A stretch of 64,000 nucleotides of DNA from Eledone cirrhosa (taxonomy: Eukaryota), in contig OZ024751.1 in assembly GCA_964016885.1 (NCBI GenBank), positions 42,594,001 through 42,658,000 of the forward strand, written 5' to 3'. Of this stretch, positions 41,349 through 57,420 are shown piece by piece. Both the position numbers and the translations under genes were made by a program. A model generated the notes under the pieces. The model made no database searches. It saw nothing but the letters and a program-made list of their open reading frames with translations, and was not told the origin of the DNA. Position 1 is the first letter of the stretch. Every line of letters begins with the position of its first letter.

Positions 41349-43334
41349 GCTTTCCATTGAATTAATAATTGAAACTCTTATCAATATATTAAGATTATTT
41401 CAATCGATCATCGATTCACGTGTGGAATTCCCCGGTCTGATGACGTTCAGGAAACATTCTCTAAATCATCTGGAAAATGGCTTCACAAATAAAATACCAT
41501 AAAGAAACGAATAAATAAATTTAAAATAAAATAAAATAAAATAAAATAAAATAAACAAATAAATTAATAAATAAAAATAGAATGAACAAATAAATTAAAA
41601 TAAAATACTCAGTAACCCACATGAAAACAAGAGGTGGGTTTAACGATGTCCCTATAAATACTTATACAATTCAATAAGTACACTACGTTACTTACACACA
41701 TACATTCACACACATATACACACACCCACACATTCTCTCATCCACACATGCATGATGTATACATACGTACACACAGACACGTGCACACACACTACTCTAT
41801 CCATCCACACACGGTGCAGCCATAGGTACACATGTGCATATACACACAAGATTAATATAGATAGTTTATGTATAAATTAACTTTAAGATAGATGTTATAT
41901 AATCTTATTTATGGGATAATACGTATTTCAGGGACACCAGTGTGGAACTGTCATGCGACACGTCATAACACAACTCTTACGGATAAGCAACACAGTAACT
42001 ATCAAGATAGTTATGTATAAATTGACCGAACAACCACACATAACCCAAATCGTTAGAGCGTCGGACAAATTGCTTTGCGGTGTCTAGTTACATTCTGAGT
42101 ACAAATCCTCCCGAGGTACTCAATGTGCAAGTTTTAGCGTTCACCTTGAGATATTTAAAATATATTCTTTATTAAGTCGACAGTGGGGGTCATTTGAAGG
42201 AGATTGGTTGCTATATCTAGCAGCGATAGCGACCACGTAGAGACTGGCTCTTGGCTCGAGCCAATATTGGCAAGATTGGTTAGTACTCAATATGTAAGTT
42301 TAGTGTTCACCTTGAAGTATTTAATTTACAAGAAGAAGAAGAAGAAAAGAAGAAGAAGAAGAAGAAGAAGAAGAAGAAGAAGAAGAAGAAGAAGAAGAAG
42401 AAAAGAAGGCAAAGAAGAAGAAGAAGAAGAAGAAGAAGAAGAAGAAGAAGAAGAAGAAGAAGAAGAAGAAGAAGAAGAAGAAGAAAAAGGTTTGTATGAA
42501 GCAGCAAGACATAAATCTAGCAAAGATCGATTATATATATAAAAGACGGACAATAAAAACAATAAAACAATGATGAATTGCTTTGAAGATGACAGATGGA
42601 ATGTATTTGAGGAAAAGAGGTTATAATACATTCAGTGCCGTCCTAAGACATAGTGTTTCCTGGTGATATCTGATCAACTCTGGTTGGTCTATCACCTACA
42701 TACCCACAATACCACTGGCTACAGTGGTAGCACTTGGCAGGGGGTGGGGAGAGGGTGAGGGAGACAGAGAGAGGGAGGGTGAGGAGAAGGGCGAGGGAGA
42801 TGGGTAAGAGAGAGTAGAGAGAGGAAGAGAGTGAGAGATGGAGGGAGAAGAGATAGAGAGTAAGGGAACGTTAGAGGGCGAGAAAGAGAAAGGGGATAGA
42901 GGGAAGGGGAGGGGAGATTTCCTGGACTTTTTCTTACAAGCCCCCCTCCCCCTCACCTAAAATGGTTTGTCGGAAAAAAGGAGGAGTAAACCACAGAATT
43001 TCGGATTTACCCCACCTCTAACATACACACACATAGATACACAGACATATACACACATACATACACACAGACACACATACACACACACAGACATAGACAC
43101 ACATACATACACACAGACAGACATAGATACACACGCACAGACATACACAGACACACATACACACATACAGACGTACAGTCAGACACAGACACACTCATAC
43201 ACACACAGACATACATACATACACAGACAGACACATACAGACATACATCCAGACACACACAGGTGTCCTCCAAAAGAAATGGTCGCATTTTGAAAGGGTA
43301 CGTCAATGCTTATTTGTAAAACTGATATATATTG

Positions 43335-43399
43335 TATTTTGTCTGATGAAGGCATACCATAATTTAACTTGGTATCCTTGAAATATGTATAATGAAATA
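43335..43399 (+). ncRNA. type-I hammerhead ribozyme
   Basis: TATTTTGT CTGATGA AGGcATACCA-TAATTTAACT-TGGTATCCT T GAAA TATGTA TA ATGAAATA; ~40 nt upstream of (TA)n. Confidence 0.75.
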
Positions 43400-43438
43400 A
43401 ATATGGTTTTATAAATATAGTTTCCATTTATTAATATC

Positions 43439-43541
<103 letters not shown>

Positions 43542-45367
43542 GGGCATTTAATGAGAAATATATTTCTATCGATTCTTTTTTTGCAAGATCTAATATTAAA
43601 TCTTTCTTTTATTCAATGTGATATAAAAAAACCCCAACAACAACAACAACAACAACAACAACAAAAACAACAACAACAACAACAGCAGCAGCAGAAGCAG
43701 CAACAACAACAAAAACAACTATAACGTAAAGAAATGAATTACCAGAAACCATAGAAGCGCACCAACCATATTGATCTATTATTATAAATGTATTACATGC
43801 TTAGATAAACGTAAAGTAGGCAGATTCTTCTCCTTGTTGCTGCTGCTGCTGCTGCTGTTGTTGTTGTTGTTGTTGTTGTTGTTCTTCTTCTTCTTCTTCT
43901 TCTTCTTCTTCTTCTTCTTCTTCTTCTTCTTCTTCTTCTTCTTCTTCTTCTTCTTCTTCTTCTTCTTCTTCTTCTTCTTCACCTTGAAACTGAAGGTTTG
44001 CAATCACCCTATATATCATTGTTTTATTCCAGTTCTGAATACAGCAGATTTCTTCCAGAGAAGGATAGAGATATTGAGAGAATGGAAGTGAGAAAGAGAT
44101 ATAGAGAAAGAATCTACCCCAGTACAAGACTGGTACTCTTTTTATCACCCTCGAATGGGTGAAAAGTAAAATTGATCCCGATGAACTCGTCTTTTTAAGT
44201 ACTACTTTAATCCTTCCTTGAAACAAAGTATATTTCTAATGAAATACATTCTATTTCAATTAATTAATGAAGAATTTTAAGAGATTTACTAAAATTATTT
44301 CATTACTAAGACCACGATGAAATTTGAACTGAGAGATCAAAGAACCGAAACGAAAGCATTCTATCCAATGTTCTAACAACTGTGTCAATTCGCCGCCTTA
44401 TACTGCATCAACTGCTTCACCTTAAACATTTCTTTCTCGAAACTAACAGACTGCTGTTGCAAGTCATATAGAGATCTTGTTCGGAAAAGTAATACATTAA
44501 TGCCGACTTCTATCTAAAAGAAAATATTCTCGATATTTATTCACATTCTATTTCACTTTATTATTACATCCGTCCTAAGTGTAAGAGAAATTCTGTCTCA
44601 ATGATTAGTTTCTTTAAATGATTTTCTGATTTTATAAACGCTACGAATGGATGGTATATTAGATAAACGTAAGTTCTCTTATAGTAGGCCGAATATTGTT
44701 AATATCATTAGAGAGATCGATCATCTAGAGTTAGAAAGACGTGAGCTGAATTTCAATTGAATCATACAATGGATATTTCTGATATTAAACTTAAAGACAG
44801 GAAAGAATTTTGCTTTGTACTCTGATTTGAACATTCTATAGAATTTACCATATGAGAGAAAAGTATAAGAGTGAAAGTGACGTTAATTTCCAACTGATAA
44901 GCTTTCGTTTTTTTTTGGGGGTCTGATTTTCGGATCGAATTACTGATAGATACAGATAGATATCGACTTTATTCAAAACGTTATTACACCGTATTGTTAT
45001 TTCTTTTGGTTCGTATTCATTTCAAAAGAACTGGATTCTACAAAACAATACAGTAGAACTTAGTTCTTCATAAATAACCTTTAATGTGTAATAGAAGTTC
45101 TATTATCTTCTGATCAGCTGAACATTTACACGAAGTTAACTTAGTTTTAGAGTTGGCCATGTATAGCTATTTCATATGGACAGAGACTATATTGAGGACA
45201 ATTGAAATCAGTTCGCTACAATTTCAATGTCTATAGATACACGGTAGGAAAGATATTGTTTAGGAAAAGTCCATTGTTCGAATTCAATGACTGTTCTGCA
45301 GGTGGAGTAATGCAACGGCTAAGCAAGTTTGTTATCAGTTTTTCAGTTGGAAAGTCATAACATTTAT

Positions 45368-45445
<78 letters not shown>

Positions 45446-45532
45446 AGGTGAGTTTTATTGTAGTACAATAAAGCAATGCAGATATCGGATAAGAAGCACT
45501 CTACAGTTTGTAGGACTGGAGTATACATAATA

Positions 45533-45749
45533 TATAAGATCAAAAGATGGTTAAATGAGTTCCATGTATTTTATTATGCGCATTTCAAAAATATGTTGAT
45601 TTAAAACTGCACTATCCAAAAGTGTTTTTAACCTTCATATCATGTCCTCCTATTTTATCTGATGAAAACACAAATGTTATTGCATGATGATATTTGTTTT
45701 TGAAATGCGCATAATAAAATACATGGAACTCATTTAACCATCTTTTGAT

Positions 45750-45752
<3 letters not shown>
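45533..45752 (+). mobile_element. PLE-type terminal repeat preceded by an inverted partial copy
   Basis: 45533-45590 is the reverse complement of 45697-45754; same family as 30048-30200. Confidence 0.8.
45651..45721 (+). ncRNA. type-I hammerhead ribozyme
   Basis: TATTTTAT CTGATGA AAACACAAATGTTATT-GCAT-GATGATATTTGTTTTT GAAA TGCGCA TA ATAAAATA; predicted cut after 45713. Confidence 0.85.
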
Positions 45753-46117
<365 letters not shown>

Positions 46118-46136
46118 AATATATATATAAATATAA

Positions 46137-46462
<326 letters not shown>

Positions 46463-46640
46463 GAGTTCGAATTCCATCGATGTCAGCTTTGTCTTTCACC
46501 CTTTTTTTTTTTATCATGGTGTCAATAAAATAAAGTACCAGCAATGCATTGGGGTCGATTCAAATGATTTCTCCGTCTCCCCAAGTGTTGCCCTATGTAA
46601 ATCAGAAACCATGATATATTACATTAAGGGCAGTGTATTG

Positions 46641-46747
<107 letters not shown>

Positions 46748-46858
46748 GATAACAAGCATCAAGCGATTAGCGAACTCTAGACCCCCCAGATCAACGAAAC
46801 AATTGTCAGCACTGTGAATAAAGCCCTTATTGTACAGACAATCAAGTTATTCTTCTTT

Positions 46859-47215
<357 letters not shown>

Positions 47216-47294
47216 TATATATAAATATATATATTAAGTGTAATGAATTCTTTTACAATGGAATTAGCTCAAAAGGAAATATTCCTGAGCCGTG

Positions 47295-47792
47295 TATAAA
47301 AGTAATATATATGAGTAATATATATGATGATGAAACAGATACCAACACATCTGTATTTATATTGCAAAAGAAAATTAGCCAGAATGAAGAATATTAATTA
47401 TTTTACCACAGTTCGTCCACATCGATTTAAAATAATAAATCGACAAAAACTAGCTGCGCTGCCAAATGGCTATGATGTTTATACATATTTAAATTTCAAA
47501 ATCAAACCTGTTCCGTAGATAAGTTTAAACCTCTTTCTCCTCCCTAACCTGGATTTTAAGGTTTAAACTTATCTACGGAACAGGTTTGATTTTGAAATTT
47601 AAATATGTATAAACATCATAGCCATTTGGCAGCGCAGCTAGTTTTTGTCGATTTATTATTTTAAATCGATGTGGACGAACTGTGGTAAAATAATTAATAT
47701 TCTTCATTCTGGCTAATTTTCTTTTGCAATATAAATACAGATGTGTTGGTATCTGTTTCATCATCATATATATTACTCATATATATTACTTT

Positions 47793-47796
<4 letters not shown>
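47295..47796. repeat. 238-bp inverted repeat with 26-nt spacer
   Basis: Arms 47295-47532 and 47559-47796; the ORF track gives an identical 64-aa translation on both strands. Confidence 0.9.
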
Positions 47797-47825
<29 letters not shown>

Positions 47826-47969
47826 GCTGATTGGGAGAGGAAATGATGTATATATTTTATCAAATGATTCTATGGACATACTTTATTTTATATATATATA
47901 TATATAAAGAAAGAAGAATAACATGATTGTCTGTACAATAAGGGCTTTATATATAAATATATATATATA

Positions 47970-48426
<457 letters not shown>

Positions 48427-48568
48427 TAACTTGGGAAACATCAGCGGCTTGAAACACCAATCCTTCGGTTTATAGAATAAGCAGTAAAATACATTTGCTT
48501 TAGAATCAATCACCTCTCTCTTTTTCTCTTTCTCCTCCCTAATCTCCCTCTATCTATCCTTCTAACGC

Positions 48569-48649
<81 letters not shown>

Positions 48650-48670
48650 TATCTATCCCTCTAACGTCTT

Positions 48671-48702
<32 letters not shown>

Positions 48703-51700
48703 CCTCTAACCTGTCTCTTTCCCCCTTCAGCTTCACCTTCTATTTCTATTTGCCTTGATCTCTAAGCATTAATCAAACAAGCCCCCAGTGTTCTATTCCA
48801 TTGTCTCAGCCGTTGGGATATACACAAGTGCATAGTTATAACCTTTCATGTACGTTTCACTTAATTAGCCAGCAATTCGGAACATCCAACTGATGATGTT
48901 GTTAGCCTTTGCTAATTAGCAATTACTTTTGGATGGCTTGTTCGTTTGCTATTATGCTGCGAGTAGTCAATGCCAAATATATACTTAATGTTTGGATGGT
49001 AGAATTAAAGGAATTAGTTTTAATTCATTAAAGCTAGGCCGCCGCCATCTATTTGCTATAATGGAAAGGAAAGGTTATAAAGTTTAAAAGAATCGAATAC
49101 ATACAATCGTAGTATTTACTCTCGGTAAACAAGCCGGAAATTAAATATTGTCGTCCATCTTTAAAACTGCACATCATGGCGAATCTTCACTTGTTTTTCT
49201 CTTATATATCAATATTTCCGTTATGTGCGCCAACAGAGGAAGATTAATAATGCTCTCCAAGTGCCAAAATATTTTGTCTCTAATATTAAAAAATTCTATG
49301 ATTGCGAATATAGAATAAAAGTATCTTTTTTCGTTTTTAAATTTGTTTTGTATTAGAATATAAACAAAGTTCTGTTTTCATTAATCTGTTGTTATATAGA
49401 ATTGTTTCAAACTTTTATTTACAGAACTAGATGATGTTTATAAATGTCTATAGATAGTTGTTATTGTTGTTGCTGTTGTTGTTGTCATTCAGCCACAGGT
49501 CAGCCATGATTCAGCAGATTAATGAACAATAGTATTCCAGTTATGAATGGTATGATATAGTCCTGTAACTCCTACTGGAGTTGTAATGGCGCCTTGGTGA
49601 TATCGATATTTCTGGGTCATTTTCAACATGGCTGAGCCCATCTCTTCTCCAGGTCTGAATACAGCAGACTTCTTCCAGAGAAGGATAGAGAGTAAGAGAA
49701 AGGAAGTGAGGAAGAAAGTTTGAGAAAGGAAGTGAGAAAGGAAGTTTAGAGAAAGGAAGACTGACTGAAAGTTACCATAGCAATAATAAATTGCTAAGAA
49801 ACGGTGTAGTTCTATTAATCACAGTTGTATAAATAATATTACAAATATTCACAAAGTTGGCTTAAAAACCATTGATGATTACATGAATATGAAAATGCAA
49901 AATTAAGTAATGAGAAAAAGGGGCAGGGGTAAAGGAAGACAGATCTGGCTGTATAGGAAAGTAGAGGAAAGATCTATAAAAGCCATAAATGGGAGGAAAA
50001 GGAGGGGAAAAACAAGGACTCTAGAGCCACAGAAGAAAAGGAGGGGGAAGGGGAGAGGGCAATAGGCTCTGGGTCTTATGGGGCGGTGGTGTTGGGGCTG
50101 CGTCCCGCAGACAAAACTGCAAAACCATTTCCGCGGATATTGGCCAGCGACACCCGCTGCAACAGCCACCCCACCTTGCAGGGCTCCTTTCTCAGATAAG
50201 CTGTTGACATTCCGATCTTGCGGAGGAGCTGAGCAGCAATGGGTCCGAGGACGCCCGGTGCGAAGAGGAAGCGGCAGGACAATCCTTGGTATTTGTTTCT
50301 TTCTATTATAATTGATAAGATATCTTTCAGTCAGCAAGTCTTTCTTTTCTTTTCCTTCTTCTCCCACATTTTACTTTCTACCTCAACTCTCTTATTTCCC
50401 TTCTAACTTTGTTACCTTGGTAATTCTAACCCACTCGCATTGTACAGCTATCTAAACATACCAACGTTTCATTTTTATATTCCACAATGCTTCAGGCAAA
50501 CTATCACACCTTATTATAAAAATAGAAGTGAAACAGGCTACAGGTACTTGGGATGTTGGTCTGTATCTATGTTGTGACTGATACTGTTGGATTTTGATAG
50601 TCTGTATAAGATATTTGTTTCTTTTCTGCTGCCTTAAGGTCTCATAGACTAATTCACACTTTGTTATTCCTTGATCATAAATATACTGCTATTCAGACAG
50701 CAATGCCACTATCTCTCTTTAATCGAAAATCCGCGGAACTTTTGTTTTCAATAACAGGACATAGTAGTAAATGAAGAACAAAAAAAAAAAAAAGACCCGC
50801 AAAACAGAAGAAACAAAACAGAAACAAAACAAACCTAAAATTATATAAATTTATTGTTTCCGTTAATGTTATTTTCTTCTGTTTCATTTTTTTTGGGGGG
50901 TTTTCATGGTGTAATAAAAGACATTATTTTATGTATACTAAGTCGTTGATTCTGTTGTTATGGTTTTCCAGTAACGACCCCTAGAGACAATAAGGTAATT
51001 AATGCGTGACCAGACTCCAACAACTACGTCCTATTTACATCTATAGCTATTTAAATCATTTTACCACGTTTAGTGACTCTGAAACGAAAAACAAAACAAT
51101 TATGGAATAATTATTTCTCTCCATTTCACAGCCCGATAATGATTTGTAATTTAGGTACAGGAACTAAATTTATGGGGGAAAGGAAAAGCTGAGGTTATAT
51201 CGTATAAAGTACCATATGACTGGTACTTTATACGATATAATCTCAGCATTTCCTCGGACGCCGTACTGTCGAGCTCCTCCTCAAGATTGGAACGTCAGCA
51301 GCCCGTCTAAGAGAAAAGGAAAGAGGTGAAAGTTAATAACTTCTGGCAGTTGATTCTAGAGCAAATATATTTTATTGCTTATTCTATAAACCGAACAATT
51401 TCTGTTTCAAGCGCTGCTGTTTCCCAAATTAAGAAGAAGAAGGTGTCCAAGATATGTCGTATTTCAGGACGGCACACCTCATACGACCCCATCAAGAACT
51501 AAAGGCCCATAAATAACTAAACAAACCACTGTATAACATTCCTGGCAACAATTTACATCGATTGAGGTTTTTCTTGTTTAATTGATGTTAAATCTCTGTA
51601 TAATTACCATCAACCATATTTCTATTAATTATTATATAATTACGTTGCAGATGTGATTTCTAGAAAACAAACGAGACTTCAGTAGACTTACAAAATAACA

Positions 51701-51785
51701 CAATATGGATCAAATGTCAATTATTATCAAATTATTGGATTATTAACCTGGTTTTACTTGTGGTTATTATCCCAGATTATACCAA

Positions 51786-51990
51786 GGACGGTTGATTGAA
51801 AGAGTCGATAGAGCGTCATATAGAAGGCTTTGTACCATTTGTTCTGGGTGTCTACGTTCTGAGTCCAAATCCTGCCCAGGTCAACCTTCATTTTCGGTGT
51901 CGATAAATAAAGTACCGCTCAAGTACTAACGCTCAAATACTAAGGGTCGATTTCTATCAGCTTTGCTCTTTCCACCTCCCCAAATTTTCA
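51786..51990 (+). mobile_element. SINE family S1 (old, diverged)
   Basis: GTTCTGAGTCCAAATCCTGCCCAGGTCAAC...GTCGATAAATAAAGTACC. Confidence 0.6.
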
Positions 51991-52069
51991 TGACACCACA
52001 TTAGCGAAGGAGATCGATATGGTATGATCACAGCTTAGCACTTTCATAGCGAAACATAGGAGAGAGAGG

Positions 52070-52140
<71 letters not shown>

Positions 52141-52260
52141 GAGAGAGAGATTCAAAGTGAAGAAAGAGACTGAGTTTGAAACAGAGAGAGCGAAAGGAAG
52201 AGCCTGCGAGTGAAGGAAATATAGATAGATATGTAGATAGAATGAAATGGAAGAGGAAAG

Positions 52261-52291
<31 letters not shown>

Positions 52292-52362
52292 GAGAGGATG
52301 TGTGTGTGCGAGAGAGAGAGAGAGAGAGGATGTGTGTGTGTGTGTGAGAGAGAGAGAGAGGA

Positions 52363-52395
<33 letters not shown>

Positions 52396-52524
52396 TAATG
52401 TGGATGGAAGAAAATAGAATGGTAAGTGATGCGTTACACATAAATATAGTTGAAGGTAAAAGTTGGTTATTTTGAAATAAGCAGCCATGTTGTTATTTCT
52501 ATGTAGTGAGGGTTAGTCATCATA

Positions 52525-54390
52525 GAGATGGTGGTGGTGGTGGTGGTGGTTGTAGTGGTGATGGCGGTGGTGGTGGTGGTGGTGGTCCTAGTGTTGATGA
52601 TGGTGGCAGTGGTGGTGGTGATGGTGGTGGTCGTGGTGGTTGTAGTGGTGATGGTGGCGGTGGTGGTGGTGGTTCTAGTGTTGATGATGGTGGCAGTGGT
52701 GGTGGTGATGGTGGTGGTGGTTGTAGTGGTGATGGTGGCGGTGGTGGTGGTGGTTCTAGTGTTGATGATGGTGGCAGTGGTGGTGGTGATGGTGGTGGTG
52801 GTGGTGGTTGTAGTGGTGATGGTGGCGGTGGTGGTGGTGGTTCTAGTGTTGATGATGGTGGCAGTGGTGGTGGTGATGGTTCTAGTGTTGATGATGGTGG
52901 CAGTGGTGGTGGTGATGGTGGTGGTGGTGGTGGTTGTAGTGGTGATGGTGGCGGTGGTGGTGGTTGTAGTGGTGATGGTGGCGGTGGTGGTGGTGGTTCT
53001 AGTGTTGATGATGGTGGCAGTGGTGGTGGTGATGGTGGTGGTGGTGGTGGTTGTAGTGGTGATGGTGGCGGTGGTGGTGGTGGTCCTAGTGTTGATGATG
53101 GTGGCAGTGGTGGTGGTGATGGTGGTGGTAGTGGTGGTGATAGTAGTGAGGTTAGTGTTGGTGGTGATAGTGCTGGTGATGGTAGTGACAGTGGTGATGG
53201 TGGCGATTTTAGTGGTGGTGGTGGTGATGATGGTGATGTTAGGAGTGGTCGTGGTGCTAGTGATGAAGATGACGGTGGTGGGGATGTTAGTGGTGATGAT
53301 GATGATGTTGGTGGGGGTGTTAGTGGTGGTGGTGGTGGTGATGGTAGTGGTGATGGTGGTTATGTTAGTGACGGTAGTGGTGATGTTAGTGTTGATGATG
53401 ATGGTGGGGGTGTTGGGGATGATAGTGTGATGATAGTGTGATGATAGTCATGGTAGTTGAAGAAGATAATAATTATGATAATGATGGTGTGATGATGATG
53501 ATGGTTGGTGAAGGGGAGGATGGTGGTGAAGGGGAGGATGGTTACGTCTGCTTTATAACCGAAGTTTATTGACCGAAGAAAGATCTAGAGCTCAGCTGAG
53601 AGAGACGCCATGATTTGACTGAACTGACTGTAATAGCTATGATGGTGGTGGTGGTGGTGGTGGTGGTGGTGGTGGTGATGGTGGTGGTGGTGGTGATGGG
53701 GGTGGTGATGGGGGTGGTGGTGGTGCTGATGATGATGGTGGTGGTGGTGGTGGTGCTGATGATGATGGTGGTGGTGGTGGTGGTGGTGGTGGTGGTGGTG
53801 GTGATGATGGTGGTGGTGGTAGTAGTGGTAGTGGTGATGGTAGTGGTGGTGGTGGTGGTGGTGATGGCGGTGGTGGTAGTGGTGATGGTGGTGGTAGTGG
53901 TGATGATGGTGGTGCTGGTGGTGGTGGTGGTGATGATGCTGGTGGTGGTGGTGTTAGTGGTGATGGTAGTGGTGATGGTGGTGGTGGTGATGATGGTGGT
54001 GGTGGTGATGGTGGTGGTGGTGATGATGGTGGTGGTGGTGATGGTGGTGGTGGTGATGATGGTGGTGGTGGTTATGGTGGTGGTGGTTGTGGTTGTGGTG
54101 GTGATGGTGGTGATGGTGATGATGGTGGTGGTGGTGGTGATGGTGGTGGTGGTGGTGGTGGTGGTGTGGTGTTGATGGTGGTGATGGTGGTGGTGGTGGT
54201 GTTGGTGGTGGTGGTGGTGGTTGTGTGGTGCTAGTGGTGGTGGTGGTGGTGGTGGTGGTGGTGGGGTGGTGGTGGTGATGGGGGTGGTGGTGATGATGGT
54301 GGTGGTGGTGGTGGTGGTGTGGTGTTGATGGTGGTGATGGTGGTGGTGGTGGTGTTGGTGGTGGTTGTGTGGTGGTAGTGGTGGTGGTAG
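52525..54390. repeat. (GGT)n compound microsatellite blocks
   Basis: Direct inspection; internal higher-order unit containing TCTAGTGTTGATGATGGTGGCAGT. Confidence 0.9.
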
Positions 54391-54745
54391 TGAACTGACT
54401 GTAATAGCTGCGATGGTGGTGGAGTTGTTATCAGATATCTCACACTATATCTCCTATCATATCTCACACTATATCTTTATGTTACCTTATGTTATACATT
54501 AATTATCATATATCATGATATATATTATTTGATATACTATATATGTGTTATGTCGTAATGTTATATATTACATGTATATGTTATATATCATATGTTATAT
54601 ATATATATATATATATATTACATGTATACGCTATATATTGTATGTATGTATTATATATTACATATATATGCTATCTAATGATATATGTTCATGCTATGAT
54701 ATATGTGTTGATATATCCCTTATGATGGCGTATGCTTATAGACGT

Positions 54746-54804
<59 letters not shown>

Positions 54805-54831
54805 CAGATATATATATATATATACACACTC

Positions 54832-55204
54832 AGATGGTGGATGGGTGCGACACGAGAATGCTGAGGATGGCTCTGAACATTAATCAGTATACACTGAGGA
54901 TGAAAAACTCAGAGTTGTATAGGAGCCTCCCAAAAGTCAGCTCAAAAGTGACACAGAGGAGACTGAGGTTAGCTGGACATGCTCACCGACATCCAGAGTT
55001 GACATTGCACTCAGTGCTCCTTTGGGAGCCCCTACATGGACACACTAGAAGAGGAAGACCAAGGTTAACGTATGTTGATGCCCTAAGGACAGACACTGGT
55101 CTGTTGGAGACGCAGGACATGGCAGCGATAATGAGGGACAGAGACCGCTGGAGAGAACTCGTCCATGGATCTCGGGAATTTTACCCACCTTAGAATAGAA
55201 TAGA

Positions 55205-55205
<1 letters not shown>
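54832..55205 (+). mobile_element. RTE-clade LINE 3' fragment
   Basis: [14 protein letters not shown]...RRLRLAGHAHRH...LLWEP.HG..RRGRPRLTYVD...DRDRWRELV, then (TAGAA)3 tail. Confidence 0.85.
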
Positions 55206-55267
<62 letters not shown>

Positions 55268-55347
55268 GACAGATATATATATATATTAGAAAGTGAGTTT
55301 TTTTTTACAAATTGAAAAATAACCGAGGTGTCCTACACGAGTGAAAG

Positions 55348-55494
55348 TATAAAGAAAAAGAGATGAAATCGAAAATGCAACTGGAGTCTTATTTAAAAAA
55401 AAATATATATATTTATTTGGTTCCTTTACCGGAATGAATATATATATTTAAAAAAAAAAAGACTCCAGTTGCATTTTCGATTTCATCTCTTTTT

Positions 55495-55500
<6 letters not shown>
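55348..55500. repeat. ~68-bp inverted repeat in a (TA)n-flanked insert
   Basis: ATAAAGAAAAAGAGATGAAATCGAAAATGCAACTGGAGTC and its reverse complement. Confidence 0.8.
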
Positions 55501-55555
<55 letters not shown>

Positions 55556-55622
55556 TAGCTTCTTGCTAAAAGCCGTTATAGAATGCCGTTAGCTTCTTGC
55601 TAAAACAATCTCTATACCTCTC

Positions 55623-55809
<187 letters not shown>

Positions 55810-56062
55810 TGTGAGTATGTGAGTATACATATATAAATCAGGATGGATTCAGTTTGAAACTGGTTAGACCATTACTCACCAGAGTACTCAATACTTGGGG
55901 TAGTAAAATAGGGTTATATTATAAAGAGTCGAGAACCCGATGGCTGAGCTCTTGCCGTTGATGATATATATATATACATAAATATATATTTCTGCTATGT
56001 TATGGTGTGTTCCCTTCTCTTAAGTTATGCTATAGTATGTTATCTTATATCATAGTAGTGCT

Positions 56063-57075
56063 AAGAGACTCTCAGGAGATCTAGACACCAGAATGTCTTC
56101 AGAGAAGAAACTCTCAGGAGAGCTAGACAGCAGAAGGTCTTCAGAGAAGAAATTCTCAGGAGAGCTAGACACCAGAATATCTTCAGAGAAGAGACTCCCA
56201 GGAGAGCTAGACAGCAGATGGTCTTCAGAGAAGAGACTCCCAGGAGAGCTGGACAGCAGAAGGTCTTCAGAGAAGAAACTCCCAGGAGAGCTGGACAGCA
56301 GAATGTCTTCAGAGAAGAGACTCCCAGGAGAGCTGGACAGCAGAATGTCTTCAGAGAAGAGACTCCCAGGAGAGCTGGACAGCAGAAGGTCTTCAGAGAA
56401 GAAACTCCCAGGAGAGCTGGACAGCAGAAGGTCTTCAGAGAAGAAACTCCCAGGAGAGCTGGACAGCAGAAGGTCTTCAGAGAAGAAACTCCCAGGAGAG
56501 CTGGACAGCAGAAGGTCTTCAAAGAAGAGACTCTCACGAGGGCTAGACAGCAGAAGGTCTTCAGAGAAGAAATTCTCAGGAGAGCTAGACAGCAGAATGT
56601 CTTCAGAGAAGAGACTCTCAGGAGAGCTAGACAGCAGGAGGTCTTCAGAGAAGAGACTCTCAGGAGAGCTGGACAGCAGAATGTCTTCAGAGAAGAGACT
56701 CTCAGGAGAGCTAGACAGCAGGAGGTCTTCAGAGAAGAGACTCCCAGGAGAGCTGGACAGCAGAATGTCTTCAGAGAAGAGACTCTCAGGAGAGCTAGAC
56801 AGCAGGAGGTCTTCAGAGAAGAGACTCTCAGGAGAGCTGGACAGCAGAAGGTCTTCAGAGAAGAGACTCCCAGGAGAGCTGGACAGCAGAAGGTCTTCAG
56901 AGAAGAGCCTCTCAGGAGAGCTGGACAGTAGAAGGTCTTCAGAGAAGAAACTCTCAGGAGAGCTGGACAGCAGAATGTCTTCAGAGAAGAAGTTCCCAGG
57001 AGAGCTGGACAGCAGAAGATCTTCAAAGAAGAAACTGCCAGGAGAGCTGGATAGCAGAAGGTTTTCAGAGAAGAA
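56063..57075. repeat. 42-bp minisatellite, ~24 units
   Basis: Unit CTTCAGAGAAGAGACTCCCAGGAGAGCTGGACAGCAGAAGGT; 14-aa periodic translations in three frames. Confidence 0.95.
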
Positions 57076-57420
57076 GCCACCACCTCATGCAAGTGTCTTG
57101 GCTCTTTAGGCCTTACACTCTGAGGGGCGCTGGTCCTTACCCAGGTCATGACTCCAAGGTGCCTTTCTATATCATAATATGTTATAGAATGTTATATTAT
57201 TGATATTTCGTATCCCCAGTCTCCCCAGTCTCCTCAGTCTATGTATTATGTTTCAGGAAGAGACTGGAGTTAGTCTTTAATATTTCAATATATTTCTGCT
57301 GTAATAAATATACAAACATCTGTATCTTAATTTGGTATTAAGTTCCTTATTTATGTTGCAGCTCTTTGCTCTAACAAACAAACCTGCCATGCCATGCTAT
57401 CTATCTATCTATCTATCTAT

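Noticed and set aside
41435-41465. CTGATGACGTTCAGGAAAC
   Set aside because: No convincing stems I, II or III
47324-47767. Two identical 64-aa ORFs
   Set aside because: Consequence of the palindrome; no recognisable protein
51188-51248. ~27-bp-arm hairpin
   Set aside because: Centred on the SINE ATAAAGTACCA motif; probably a SINE-derived local inversion with no further support
52506-54175. Gly-rich ORFs
   Set aside because: (GGT)n compound repeat
56061-57149. 42-bp array as a CRISPR array or repeat protein gene
   Set aside because: Head-to-tail units with no unique spacers, no cas genes and a eukaryotic context; open frames follow from a stop-free unit
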